Shown: positions 55,374 to 64,000, counted from the first letter of the stretch. The stretch is 64,000 nt of DNA from Candidatus Pelethousia sp. (GCA_034928145.1 JAYFPE010000016.1:6953-70952), one strand, 5' to 3'. A program made the numbers and translations. The notes: generated by a model not told the origin, from the sequence alone.

Positions 55374-57512
55374 ATGGAAATGCTGTACAAGCGCTGTATC
55401 GAATTGATGCAATACCTGATTTCACTGCATCAGCCCGTTACGATTGCCGCTTTGGCGCAAAAATTCGGCGTAAGTATGCGTACAGTCCGCAACGATATGG
55501 AGAACGTTGACAGGTGGCTCTCAACGTTTACCCGGAAGCGGATTCAACGGGTTCCCCGCATCGGCGTTTCTCTTGAGGACGAGGATGGCGGCATCCGTGC
55601 CTGCCTGGCCCGCAACGACGTCCCTCAATACGTTGCCAATAAGCAGGAACGCAAGTATTGCATTCTCGGCATGCTGCTGGGCGACAAAAAGACAAATATC
55701 GCGGAGCTGGCCCGGCTCTTTGACGTCAGCCAGACGACTATCTCCACGGACATGCGCGAAGTCAAGCAATGGCTGGCGGACAAGCAGATTCATCTGGAAA
55801 CGGGGCCGCATCAAGGCATCTTTATCCAGGATTCGGAAGGCGATATCCGGCGCGGCTTTGTCATGCTCCTAAGGGATATCCTGGAGACGTGGGCCAAGCA
55901 AAAGGAGCTGATCGAAAAGCGCTTTGTGCAATGCGCGGAGGCGCTAGATTTCTATAGACTGCCGGATTCCTTTCGCGAGGCCTTTAGCCGCTGGCAGGAT
56001 AAGATCATCCTCGCCATCGAGGAGCTGAAAACCAGTGCCGACGCGGTCATTTCGGATGGCGGATTCTGCTTTATGTGGGAATGCCTGCTGGTTTCCCTGG
56101 CGATGATCCTGGAGAAGCGCAATTTGGATGCGGAGTCGATCGCGGCGCTTAAAACGCTGGAAAGCCGCGAAAAGAGCCTCATGGTGGCAATGGAGCAAAT
56201 CCTGGAAAGGGTTTTCGACATCGAAATCCCAAAAGAAGAATTGTATTATCTGGCGGCTGTTTGGCAGTCGCTCCGCAAGTTCGGCGCGAACTTTCAGGTA
56301 GGCGTGGATTATGTGCTGCTCGCGAAGGAGTTGATTCGAAGAATTCAGGAACAATTGGAGGGTGATCGAACCTACGATGAAGAAACCGTTGTGGACATCG
56401 CAACGCACCTGTACCTGATGCACTACCGGCTGCTCCTGAACACGCCCATTGAGAGAAACGACGCTTTGAACGACATCATTAGCGAGTTCCCGGATGCATG
56501 CGAGGCGTCCCGGCGGGCACTGCTGGGGACGCTAAAGGACTTTGTAACGCCGAAAAACAAAGCCGCCTGTGAAGCGGAGGCCCCTTATATCGCCATGCAT
56601 ATCATCGTGGGGTTCTATAAACACACCATTTTGCAGGATGATAAGCGGGATGTGGTCCTGGTGTGTGGCAGTTCCGTCGCAACCTCCAAGATATTGGAAA
56701 ACCGGCTGAATGCGCTTTTTTCCAATATAAATGTAGTAGCGACAATGTCTTATAACGAATTTCTGGCCAATGCAGGCGCACTGCCGTGCGATGTGGTAAT
56801 TTCCACCATACCGTTGGAAAGTGCGAGATATCAATGTATTACCGTTAGCCCCTTGCTGAAAAACGAAGATATCAACCGGCTGATGAACGTGTTCGTTTCT
56901 AGGGCCTATGAGCTCGAGGTCAATACTTATATCGGCGCAACGATGAACATCATTACCCGCGCTTTGGATTTTTCACCGGAGAAGAAGCTGCAGCTGACCA
57001 TCCGCCTGGTTCAGGAGATAGACGGCGAGGTGCGCAAACTCAAATACCAGCGGGGAGGACGCCTTTGCGATACATTGACTTCCCAAACCATCCGTACGGG
57101 CGTTTCTACCCCGGACTGCGCCCAAGCGGTTCGCCAGGGCGCTAACATTTTGGCGGATGCCGGCCTGATCACGCAGAAGGATGTTTCGCAACTGATACGC
57201 GGATTTCGCCGATTCGGCAAGAATGTGGTAATCGACAAGGGCGTGGCCATGCCGCACCTGCTGGCGCCGCAGATTAACATGCCCTGCATGAGCCTGATGG
57301 TGCTGGACAAGCCTGTGGAATTCCATAACGAAGCCAATGATCCGGTCTATGTGGTGCTGACGTTGGTCACCAACAGCAGCATCGCACACATCGGCATCAT
57401 TGAAGATATTATTGACCTAATGAACGATTCACGGCGCAAGGCCGCGCTGATGCACGCGGGCAGCGTACAAGAGGTTCTCAACCTAATTTCATTTAACGAT
57501 ACTAAGGGGTAA
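55374..57512 (+). CDS. PRD-domain transcriptional activator (MtlR/LicR/ManR type: HTH - PRD - PRD - EIIB-like - EIIA-like)
   Basis: An N-terminal winged-HTH (TIAALAQKFGVSMRTVRNDM) and a second HTH (NIAELARLFDVSQTTISTDM) are followed by central PRD-sized helical repeats. The C-terminal EIIA_2 domain carries VAMPHL. ATG 55374 or 55380 is preferred over the listed 55305. Confidence 0.8.
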   Translation: MEMLYKRCIELMQYLISLHQPVTIAALAQKFGVSMRTVRNDMENVDRWLSTFTRKRIQRVPRIGVSLEDEDGGIRACLARNDVPQYVANKQERKYCILGMLLGDKKTNIAELARLFDVSQTTISTDMREVKQWLADKQIHLETGPHQGIFIQDSEGDIRRGFVMLLRDILETWAKQKELIEKRFVQCAEALDFYRLPDSFREAFSRWQDKIILAIEELKTSADAVISDGGFCFMWECLLVSLAMILEKRNLDAESIAALKTLESREKSLMVAMEQILERVFDIEIPKEELYYLAAVWQSLRKFGANFQVGVDYVLLAKELIRRIQEQLEGDRTYDEETVVDIATHLYLMHYRLLLNTPIERNDALNDIISEFPDACEASRRALLGTLKDFVTPKNKAACEAEAPYIAMHIIVGFYKHTILQDDKRDVVLVCGSSVATSKILENRLNALFSNINVVATMSYNEFLANAGALPCDVVISTIPLESARYQCITVSPLLKNEDINRLMNVFVSRAYELEVNTYIGATMNIITRALDFSPEKKLQLTIRLVQEIDGEVRKLKYQRGGRLCDTLTSQTIRTGVSTPDCAQAVRQGANILADAGLITQKDVSQLIRGFRRFGKNVVIDKGVAMPHLLAPQINMPCMSLMVLDKPVEFHNEANDPVYVVLTLVTNSSIAHIGIIEDIIDLMNDSRRKAALMHAGSVQEVLNLISFNDTKG

Positions 57513-57517
57513 TTGCC

Positions 57518-57781
57518 ATGATACAAAAGGAAATAACCGTTATGAATGCAAGCGGGCTGCACGCTCGCCCAGCCGCAGAATTTGCCAATGCCGCGCAGGG
57601 CTTCGACGCTTCCATTGAAATATCCTTTGGCGGGAAAAAGAAAAATGCCAAAAGCATAATCGGTATCATGGCGTTGGGAATCAAGCAGGGATGCACCTTT
57701 ACCCTCACGGTTGCGGGAGAGGATGAGCGAAAGGCGGCGGAGTGCCTGGAAGCCTTGGTTCGATCTAACTTCGGTCAGTAA
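57518..57781 (+). CDS. ptsH: phosphocarrier protein HPr
   Basis: 87 aa, with NASGLHARPAAEF (His-15 region) and AKSIIGIMALG (Ser-46 region). Confidence 0.9.
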   Translation: MIQKEITVMNASGLHARPAAEFANAAQGFDASIEISFGGKKKNAKSIIGIMALGIKQGCTFTLTVAGEDERKAAECLEALVRSNFGQ

Positions 57782-57791
57782 GGAGCGCGGT

Positions 57792-59522
57792 ATGAAGGGA
57801 ATTGCGGTTTCACCCGGTTTGGCCGTCGCCCCGCCGCTGCTGCTGGCCGCGCAAAGCGGCGTGCGGCACCGTGACATCTCACAGGCGGAGGCGGAGACCG
57901 AAATACGGCGCTTCCGGTGCGCGGCGGCGGGATTAGGCCAGCAAATGCGGCAAGCGCTGGAGAACGCGCGACAGGAGCTATCCAAAGACGAAAAAGATAT
58001 ACTGAACATGCATATATCCTTGCTGCAGGACCAGGCTATGATCGAAGACACGGTATCGATCATAGCGAAGGAGCATATCGCTGCGGAATGTGCGCTGGAT
58101 CAGAATGTGAAATCCATACTGGACGAGTTGGAAAGCCTTAACGATGCCTGCCTTCGAGAGCGGGCGGTGGATATTCGCGATGTCTACGGGAAACTGCTCG
58201 GCAAGCTTACCAAGGCGGAGCGGCTGGATTTATCCGCCCTTCAGGAGGACGTCATCGTGGTTGCGCACGAACTGGAACCATCTGAGTTTATCGCTGCTGA
58301 CAAATCCCGCCTCAAAGGCATTGCCTGTGAACAGGGCGGGCCAACATCCCACACGGCAATCCTTGCGCGCAATTATGGCATCCCTGCCGTATTCGGCCTT
58401 GCCGGGCTGATGGCGGCCTGCCGCAGGGCTACGCTGATAGCGGTGGATGGATCGGCGGGCACCGTCACGATCGATCCGGATGAGGGCGCGCGTCAAGCGC
58501 TGGAAGCGGCGATAGAGAAGCGGGCCGTCCTTCATCAAGAGCTGGCAGGCATGATACACTGCGAAGGCGAAACCATTGACGGGAAGAAAGTGGCGGTTTA
58601 TACCAACATTGCCTCCGCGGGGGAGGCCGAACGCGCGGTCGCCCAAGGCGCGCAGGGCGTTGGTCTATTTCGCACCGAATTCGTTTTCATGGATCGGAAC
58701 CAGCCGCCCTCAGAGGAGGAACAGTATGCAATTTACCGCCAGGCGGCGGAAGTGCTTAAGGGCAGGCCGATTATTATCCGCACGCTGGACGCGGGCGGGG
58801 ATAAGCGAATCGGCTACCTGAACACGGTCAGGGAAGGGAATCCCTTCCTAGGCAGCCGTGCGATCCGCCTTTGCCTCCGCAACCCCATGCTGTTTAAAAC
58901 GCAGTTGCGCGCGCTGCTGCGTGCCGGTGCATACGGAAATGTGCGGATTATGTATCCGATGATTTCTTCTTTGGAAGAATTGGCGCAGGCAAGTGCGCTG
59001 CTGGATGAATGTAAACATGAACTAGCCGCAGAAGGAAGGCCGTTTGCAGTTGATGTTCCCGTAGGGATCATGGTGGAGATACCTTCCGCAGCTATTAGCG
59101 CGGATCTATATGCGGGGCATGTAGATTTCTTCTCTATCGGCACAAACGACCTGATCCAATATACCCTGGCCGTGGATCGCGCCAACCCGGAGATTCAGCC
59201 TCTATATGACGCGTATAATCCCTCGGTTCTGCGGCTGATCGACAATACGGTTTGCTGCGCGCGGCGAGCCGGAATAGAAGTGGGCATATGCGGAGAGATG
59301 GGAAGTAACCTGCTTCTCGTGCCTATCTTTGCAGCCATGGGCGTGACTGAACTCTCCGTGAATTTGGCCAGCATTGGCAAGATCAAATACCTGCTTAGCA
59401 GGATCGATGCCAAAGCCGCCCGGCCGGCGCTGGACGAGCTGCTCCAAATGGAGCGAGGCACACAGATACGGGCCTATCTTGAGGCGCAGAGCCGCAGTTG
59501 GGGTACGGATTTCCTGCTTTAA
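57792..59522 (+). CDS. ptsI: phosphoenolpyruvate--protein phosphotransferase (PTS Enzyme I)
   Basis: ATG at 57792 gives MKGIAVSPGLAV. GGPTSHTAILARNYGIPAV carries the phospho-His, and GVGLFRTEFVFM, IRTLDAGGDK and SIGTNDLIQYTLAVDR are present. Confidence 0.95.
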   Translation: MKGIAVSPGLAVAPPLLLAAQSGVRHRDISQAEAETEIRRFRCAAAGLGQQMRQALENARQELSKDEKDILNMHISLLQDQAMIEDTVSIIAKEHIAAECALDQNVKSILDELESLNDACLRERAVDIRDVYGKLLGKLTKAERLDLSALQEDVIVVAHELEPSEFIAADKSRLKGIACEQGGPTSHTAILARNYGIPAVFGLAGLMAACRRATLIAVDGSAGTVTIDPDEGARQALEAAIEKRAVLHQELAGMIHCEGETIDGKKVAVYTNIASAGEAERAVAQGAQGVGLFRTEFVFMDRNQPPSEEEQYAIYRQAAEVLKGRPIIIRTLDAGGDKRIGYLNTVREGNPFLGSRAIRLCLRNPMLFKTQLRALLRAGAYGNVRIMYPMISSLEELAQASALLDECKHELAAEGRPFAVDVPVGIMVEIPSAAISADLYAGHVDFFSIGTNDLIQYTLAVDRANPEIQPLYDAYNPSVLRLIDNTVCCARRAGIEVGICGEMGSNLLLVPIFAAMGVTELSVNLASIGKIKYLLSRIDAKAARPALDELLQMERGTQIRAYLEAQSRSWGTDFLL

Positions 59523-59805
59523 CGTCAGCGGGGAGCGCGGCTTACCCTTCGCCTATGTAATCCACTTGAATAACGGAAATCTAAAAGCGCCTTCGCCTAG
59601 CCTGCGGTTGTTCAAGAAAGCCGTTGGATCGGCGGTATGAAATCTGGCGCAAGGCGGACCAGCAGACCCCGGCATTTGGGCCTGCCGGTTTGTTTTCCTT
59701 GGGCAATCAGCCTGCTCATACGGCTAAATCGCCGGGCTGGAGAAGGCCATGGCAAAAGCCGCGATTCATGCCAGGCTCGATGCTGGCAAGCTCAATATAT
59801 TATAC

Positions 59806-59833
59806 TTGACAACATAAAAAAATGTGATATTAT
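59806..59833 (+). promoter_or_regulatory. sigma-A-type promoter (TTGACA - 16 nt - TGaTATTAT extended -10)
   Basis: A consensus -35 lies at 59806-59811 and an extended -10 at 59825-59833, 50 nt upstream of the DeoC-like ATG. Confidence 0.55.
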
Positions 59834-59838
59834 GATAT

Positions 59839-59856
59839 TGTAAATATATGTTTACA
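59839..59856. promoter_or_regulatory. candidate operator: 18-bp palindrome TGTAAATATATGTTTACA
   Basis: The inverted repeat matches at 8 of 9 positions per half and lies immediately downstream of the -10 element. Confidence 0.4.
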
Positions 59857-59882
59857 TCATTACAACAAAAAGGGGTGCTTAC

Positions 59883-60548
59883 ATGGTTGACTTGGAATTG
59901 GCGAAACGGATGATATTGGCGCCGCTGACAACGGATACGACGGCGCAAGATATCGAACAGTTTGCAAAGGACCTTACGGGAATCGAAATTTACTCCGTAA
60001 TCGTAGATGAATACTATATCTCTTTGGCCAAGGAACTGATGCCCGGTCGAAAGGTTGGCACCATTGCTTCCTATCCCTTTGGCGGCTTTACCACCGAGAT
60101 GAACGTGAAGCTTATAGAGCAGGCGGTCGCTCTGGGTTGCAGCGAGGTGGATATCTGCCCCAAATTTAACTATTTAAAATCGGGTAAATACGAGCTGGCC
60201 AAGCCTGACCTGCGCAGGATCGTCGAGGCGGCGCAGGGTAAATTGGCGATCGTCGCGGTGCCGCAGGTGGGGCAGATGACGCTTAACGAGCTGGAAAAGA
60301 ACTGCAAGTTGTTCTTGGAGTGCGGCATCCGTATCATCAAGACCAACTCTGGCTTCGGCCAAGGTGAGAGCCAGTTCGAGCATATCCAGTTTGTGCGCCG
60401 GATATTCGGCAAGGATATCGAGATCGAAGTATCCGGCGGCGTGCGCACTAGGGAGGATGCACGCCGGTATCTGGAACTGGGCGCGGATCGGATTCATTCC
60501 AGCACCTGGAAATCCGTGATAGGTTGGGAAGGAGAGGCGGCAAAATGA
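59883..60548 (+). CDS. DeoC/LacD-family class I aldolase, divergent paralog
   Basis: A DeoC-like TIM barrel with CSEVDICP and the Schiff-base-type IIKTNSGFG. Other conserved lysines appear substituted (see findings). Confidence 0.7.
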   Translation: MVDLELAKRMILAPLTTDTTAQDIEQFAKDLTGIEIYSVIVDEYYISLAKELMPGRKVGTIASYPFGGFTTEMNVKLIEQAVALGCSEVDICPKFNYLKSGKYELAKPDLRRIVEAAQGKLAIVAVPQVGQMTLNELEKNCKLFLECGIRIIKTNSGFGQGESQFEHIQFVRRIFGKDIEIEVSGGVRTREDARRYLELGADRIHSSTWKSVIGWEGEAAK

Positions 60549-61207
60549 AAAGAAACGAAATCGCGAAACGAATCGACCATACGCAGCTTAAGCCGAACGT
60601 ACCGCTGGAGCAGATCGAGCTGATCTGCCTGGAAGCCAGGCAGTACGGTTTTGCAACCGTGGCGATCCACCCTGCCTATATTGCCGACGCAGTTAAATAC
60701 CTAGAGGGCTCGGATGTGGGCGTCGTGGCCGCGTTGGCGTTCCCCTATGGCTCGCTGAGCGCCGAAATGAAAGCTTTTGAAATAGCCGACGCGCTCAGAG
60801 CGGGCGCGACCGAATGCGACTTTGTGATTAATGTCGGCGCCTTGCGCAGCGGCGATTACGATGCGCTCAAGCGCGAAGGCGAGGCTTGCCGCGCCGCCTG
60901 CCCGAATCATATCCTAAAGGCGATCCTCGAGGTGTGCCTGCTCGATGACGAACAAATTGCCAAGGCCTGCGGAATATACGCGGCTTGCGGCGTCGATTTT
61001 GTCAAGACGTCTACCGGCTTTATGGAGCCTCCCACACCGCGCGTTGTCAAGCTGATGCATGATGCCGTAGCGGGCACAGGCGTTAAGGTAAAGGCTGCGG
61101 GCGGCATCCGCAACGCCGCCGATGCCAAGGCGATGATCGAGGCGGGCGCGGCAAGGCTGGGCACCAGCGCTGGCGTAAGCATTGTAGAAAGCTGGGTAGA
61201 GGAATAA
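60545..61207 (+). CDS. deoC: deoxyribose-phosphate aldolase
   Basis: ATGA overlap with the upstream gene. IDHTQLKP, ECDFVINV, ILKAILEV, DFVKTSTGF and KVKAAGGIR together give the full DERA catalytic set. Confidence 0.85.
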   Translation: MKRNEIAKRIDHTQLKPNVPLEQIELICLEARQYGFATVAIHPAYIADAVKYLEGSDVGVVAALAFPYGSLSAEMKAFEIADALRAGATECDFVINVGALRSGDYDALKREGEACRAACPNHILKAILEVCLLDDEQIAKACGIYAACGVDFVKTSTGFMEPPTPRVVKLMHDAVAGTGVKVKAAGGIRNAADAKAMIEAGAARLGTSAGVSIVESWVEE

Positions 61208-61262
61208 TTCCTCTATCCTAGCCAGCGCTAGGCGTTTAAAGATGCAAAGGAAGGAGCGGCAT

Positions 61263-62828
61263 ATGAGTAAAGCAATTCTGGCCCACGATCTGGGGACAAC
61301 AGGCAACAAAGCTTCGATTTATGGGGAAAATGGAACGCTGCTGGCAACAAAATACTGCCCGTATGAAACCTACTATCCGCATGCCGATTATGTGGAGCAG
61401 AACCCGGCGGATTGGTGGGACGCTATCTGCCGCTCAACGCGGGAGGTGATCGAGAAAGCCGGCGTTTCCAATAAGGATGTTTGTGCGGTATCGTTCAGCG
61501 GCCAGATGATGGCGCTGCTACCGGTTTCTCAAACCGGCGAGATATTAATGGACCGGGCAATCATCTGGGCTGATTCGCGCAGCGTGGATGAGAGCGCTTA
61601 CATCGAACAAAGGTTGGGCTGGAAACGCTTCTATGACATTACCGGCGGCGGTATGCCCATTGCCTTATACGGGGTATCTAAGGCCCTGTGGATCAAAAAT
61701 CATTATCCTGCGGTATACAAAAACACATATAAGTTTATGTCCGTTAAAGATGCCATGATACAGCGGCTTACAGGGCATTTTTGCACGGAGTATTCCGATG
61801 CCTCCAACATCGGCCTGCTGGATATCGAAAAACGCTGCTGGAGCCAGGAGATCATACAGGCTGCCGGCTTGGATAGCGCTAAGTTGGTAGAGGAGATAAA
61901 GCCCTCCACCGGCATCGCTGGCCACATCACCAAGGCAGCGGCTTCGGCTACCGGCCTGATGGAAGGCACGCCTGTAATATGCGGCGGCGGGGATGTGCCC
62001 TGCGCGGCGCTGGGCGCCGGCATCATCCGGGAGGGAAACGCCTACAACTGTATCGGCTCCGCCTCCTGGTTCGCCGTGGCTACCCGTAGCCCGCTGATCG
62101 ATTATGATTCAAGGCCGTTTAACATTTGCCATGTTGTGCCGGATATGTGCGTATCCCAAATGGCGACGTTTTCGGCCGGCGTGGCGCACCAGTGGGTTAC
62201 CCAGAACCTGTGTGATGCGGAGGCGATGCAAAGCCGGGAAAGCGGAGAGAACGTATACGCCGTATACGATGCCAAGGCGTCCAAGGTGCCCGCAGGTTCA
62301 AACGGCGTGCTATTCCTGCCCAATATGCGCCCGGGCGGCGCGCCGCATAATAACTTGGATGATCGCGGCGCCTTCGTGGGCCTTAAGCTGAGCAACACCA
62401 AAGACGACATGCTGCGCGCGGTGCTCGAAGGCGTTTCCTTCAACATCCGCATCATGTGCGAAGATATTGAAAAGAAGACGGGCCTGCGTTTCTCCCAAGT
62501 GGATTTCATCGGCGGCGGCTCCAGGAGCGAAATATGGAGCAATATTCAGGCCTCCATCATGAACCGCGAGTTTAGAACCTTACAGCTGCAACAGGAGGCG
62601 AATTCCTTTGGCGCGGCTATGATCGCGGGCGTTAGTTTAGGCATCTATCCCGATTTTCCTGCGGCGGCCCAGCGCTTTGTTAAGGCCGGTAAAGTATTTC
62701 GTCCCCATGCGGCGGACACGGCTGTTTACGACCGCCTATATCCCATCTACAAGCAGCTATACGATGCCCTAAGCCCTATTAACACCCAGCTCAAGAATGT
62801 TTTGCCGGAAGAGATCCGGAGAGTATAG
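61263..62828 (+). CDS. FGGY-family carbohydrate kinase (xylulokinase-like)
   Basis: ATG at 61263 follows AAGGAAGGAG. LAHDLGTTGNKASIY is the N-terminal actin-fold phosphate motif, and GGGSRSEIW lies in the C-terminal domain. Confidence 0.85.
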   Translation: MSKAILAHDLGTTGNKASIYGENGTLLATKYCPYETYYPHADYVEQNPADWWDAICRSTREVIEKAGVSNKDVCAVSFSGQMMALLPVSQTGEILMDRAIIWADSRSVDESAYIEQRLGWKRFYDITGGGMPIALYGVSKALWIKNHYPAVYKNTYKFMSVKDAMIQRLTGHFCTEYSDASNIGLLDIEKRCWSQEIIQAAGLDSAKLVEEIKPSTGIAGHITKAAASATGLMEGTPVICGGGDVPCAALGAGIIREGNAYNCIGSASWFAVATRSPLIDYDSRPFNICHVVPDMCVSQMATFSAGVAHQWVTQNLCDAEAMQSRESGENVYAVYDAKASKVPAGSNGVLFLPNMRPGGAPHNNLDDRGAFVGLKLSNTKDDMLRAVLEGVSFNIRIMCEDIEKKTGLRFSQVDFIGGGSRSEIWSNIQASIMNREFRTLQLQQEANSFGAAMIAGVSLGIYPDFPAAAQRFVKAGKVFRPHAADTAVYDRLYPIYKQLYDALSPINTQLKNVLPEEIRRV

Positions 62829-62842
62829 AAAGGAGCAAATTC

Positions 62843-64000
62843 ATGAAAAACAAATTGATGGCTGTCATCACCATGATTCTTGTCCTGGCATTGGCGGCCG
62901 GCTGCGCCGGCAGCGGCTCGACGACTGCGGCGCCTGCCGTGGCGGAAGCGGGCGCGCCCGCTACCAGCGCCCAGCCTGCCGCCAATGCGGCGAACGAAGC
63001 GCAAGCACCCGCGGATACCGCAGGCGAGCTGCGCTATAATCCGGATACGGATCCCGCCAGCGACATCGTTATCTACCAAGGCGCCTGGAACGACTGGTGG
63101 GTAAATACCCCTAGGCTAGGCGAGTACCTTGCACAGCCCCCCTACACCATCGGCTTTATCACCGGCTGGCGCGGCGAGGCTTGGCAGGAGCAAATGTATG
63201 CCGAGTTCGAGCGGGAGGTAGAGCGCTCGTCCCTGATTTCAGATGTGGTATATATGGATAGCGCGTCCGATGTGGATACGCAGATCGCCAACCTGGAGGG
63301 CATGTTCGCCATGTGGCAGGCCGGCAAACTCAGTGCGATCATCGTGGATGCGCTGGATGCCAATGCCATTACCGCAACGATTACAAAGATATATGATGCA
63401 GGCTGCCCCATCATCTTGTTCAATAACGCCATCAATTCTACCAAGTATAGCATGATCGTTTCCGACGACCCCGGTGCTTACGGCATAAATGGGGCCGAAT
63501 GGCTGGCCAAGGAACTTAACTACGAGGGAAACATTTTCTTTTTCCGTGGCGTTCAGGGCTATCCCATCGACGAAGGCCGTAGCGGCGGCGCGCTAAAGGT
63601 GTTTGAGAAGTATCCCGGCATCAATATCGTGGCCATCGAGTATTGCAACTGGGCTGCCGACCAAGCTAAATCCGCCTTCTTCAACATGTATGCCGCGCAT
63701 CCCGATTTTGACGGCATTTACTCTGTTGGCGGGCAGATGTCCCTAGCCGTTATCGAAGCGATGGAGGAGCTGGGCCTGAACCCCGGAGACTATGCCCACG
63801 CCTCCGAGGATAACAACGGCTTCCTGCAAAAGTGCCTGGAATACAATATTCCCGCCTGCGCCAACTGCCATCCCTCTATTCAGAGCGCGATCTCGGTCGT
63901 GATGACGGAAATGCTGCTGCAGGGCTATCCCGTGCCGAAGCTGTACTATTTCCCTTCGCCCTATATCACCAGCGAGGAGTTCTCCGATTATGTGCGTTAT
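62843..64000 (+). CDS. sugar ABC transporter substrate-binding lipoprotein (type I periplasmic-binding fold), 3' end outside window
   Basis: My own translation from ATG 62843 (AGGAG RBS) stays open to the window end (386 codons). It has a signal peptide with lipobox LAAGC and an Ala/Pro linker, then a ribose/galactose-binding-like core (IIVDALDANA, FFFRGVQGYPIDEGR, VGGQMSLAVIEAM). It is not in the supplied ORF track because it has no stop. Confidence 0.75.
   Translation, partial: MKNKLMAVITMILVLALAAGCAGSGSTTAAPAVAEAGAPATSAQPAANAANEAQAPADTAGELRYNPDTDPASDIVIYQGAWNDWWVNTPRLGEYLAQPPYTIGFITGWRGEAWQEQMYAEFEREVERSSLISDVVYMDSASDVDTQIANLEGMFAMWQAGKLSAIIVDALDANAITATITKIYDAGCPIILFNNAINSTKYSMIVSDDPGAYGINGAEWLAKELNYEGNIFFFRGVQGYPIDEGRSGGALKVFEKYPGINIVAIEYCNWAADQAKSAFFNMYAAHPDFDGIYSVGGQMSLAVIEAMEELGLNPGDYAHASEDNNGFLQKCLEYNIPACANCHPSIQSAISVVMTEMLLQGYPVPKLYYFPSPYITSEEFSDYVRY

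Noticed and set aside
1-64000. Search for rRNA, tRNA and CRISPR arrays, and for integrase or transposase genes
   Set aside because: No regularly spaced direct repeats, no tRNA-like GTTCGAATC-type T-arm contexts and no recombinase motifs were recognised. Absence is based on visual inspection only.

Overview
A 64-kb chromosomal segment from a GC-rich Gram-positive bacterium, probably Bacillota/Clostridia-like. That inference rests on AddAB, a V/A-type ATPase, the DUF1385-prmC-prfA-sua5-ywlE-rpiB-upp gene order, lipoboxes and strong GGAGG ribosome-binding sites. All calls come from reading the ORF translations and the DNA by eye; no database search was possible, so family names are motif-based and residue comparisons with reference enzymes are from memory.

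Layout:
- 1-12.1 kb: a LacI-type repressor tail and two identical-core operators, followed by an 11-gene operon. It encodes an RpiB-like isomerase, a xylose-isomerase-like TIM barrel, a BMP-family nucleoside-type ABC importer, a BtpA/SgcQ protein and four tandem nucleoside-hydrolase paralogs.
- 12.1-14.3 kb: a low-GC decayed zone with an XRE-like mini-gene, a 5'-truncated feoB and a ~320-bp inverted-repeat-bounded repeat.
- 14.4-21.0 kb: hflKC, an SBP-like gene plus a RimK-like ligase, an unusually short AlaRS and a DUF695/RraB-like gene.
- 21.0-25.2 kb: an orphan phage packaging module (ArpU/sigma-region-4-like regulator, TerL, portal) abutted by a second copy of the repeat.
- 25.2-26.6 kb: a lipoprotein gene and a small ORF.
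- 26.6-35.2 kb: a nine-gene V/A-type ATPase operon.
- 35.5-49.4 kb: housekeeping genes upp, rpiB, ywlE, sua5, prfA, prmC, DUF1385, an M23 peptidase, addAB and thpR.
- 49.6-52.0 kb: a PepSY-like lipoprotein and an alanine/glycine:cation symporter.
- 52.0-64.0 kb: a compositionally distinct, lower-GC carbohydrate island. It carries ascorbate-family PTS EIIA/EIIB/EIIC, an SDR, a PRD-type activator, its own HPr and Enzyme I, two DeoC-like aldolases, an FGGY kinase and the start of an ABC sugar-binding protein.

No rRNA, tRNA or CRISPR array was seen.

The two best candidates for undescribed biology:
1. The nucleoside-hydrolase operon. All four paralogs replace the canonical leaving-group His with Asn.
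2. The self-contained PTS/aldolase island.
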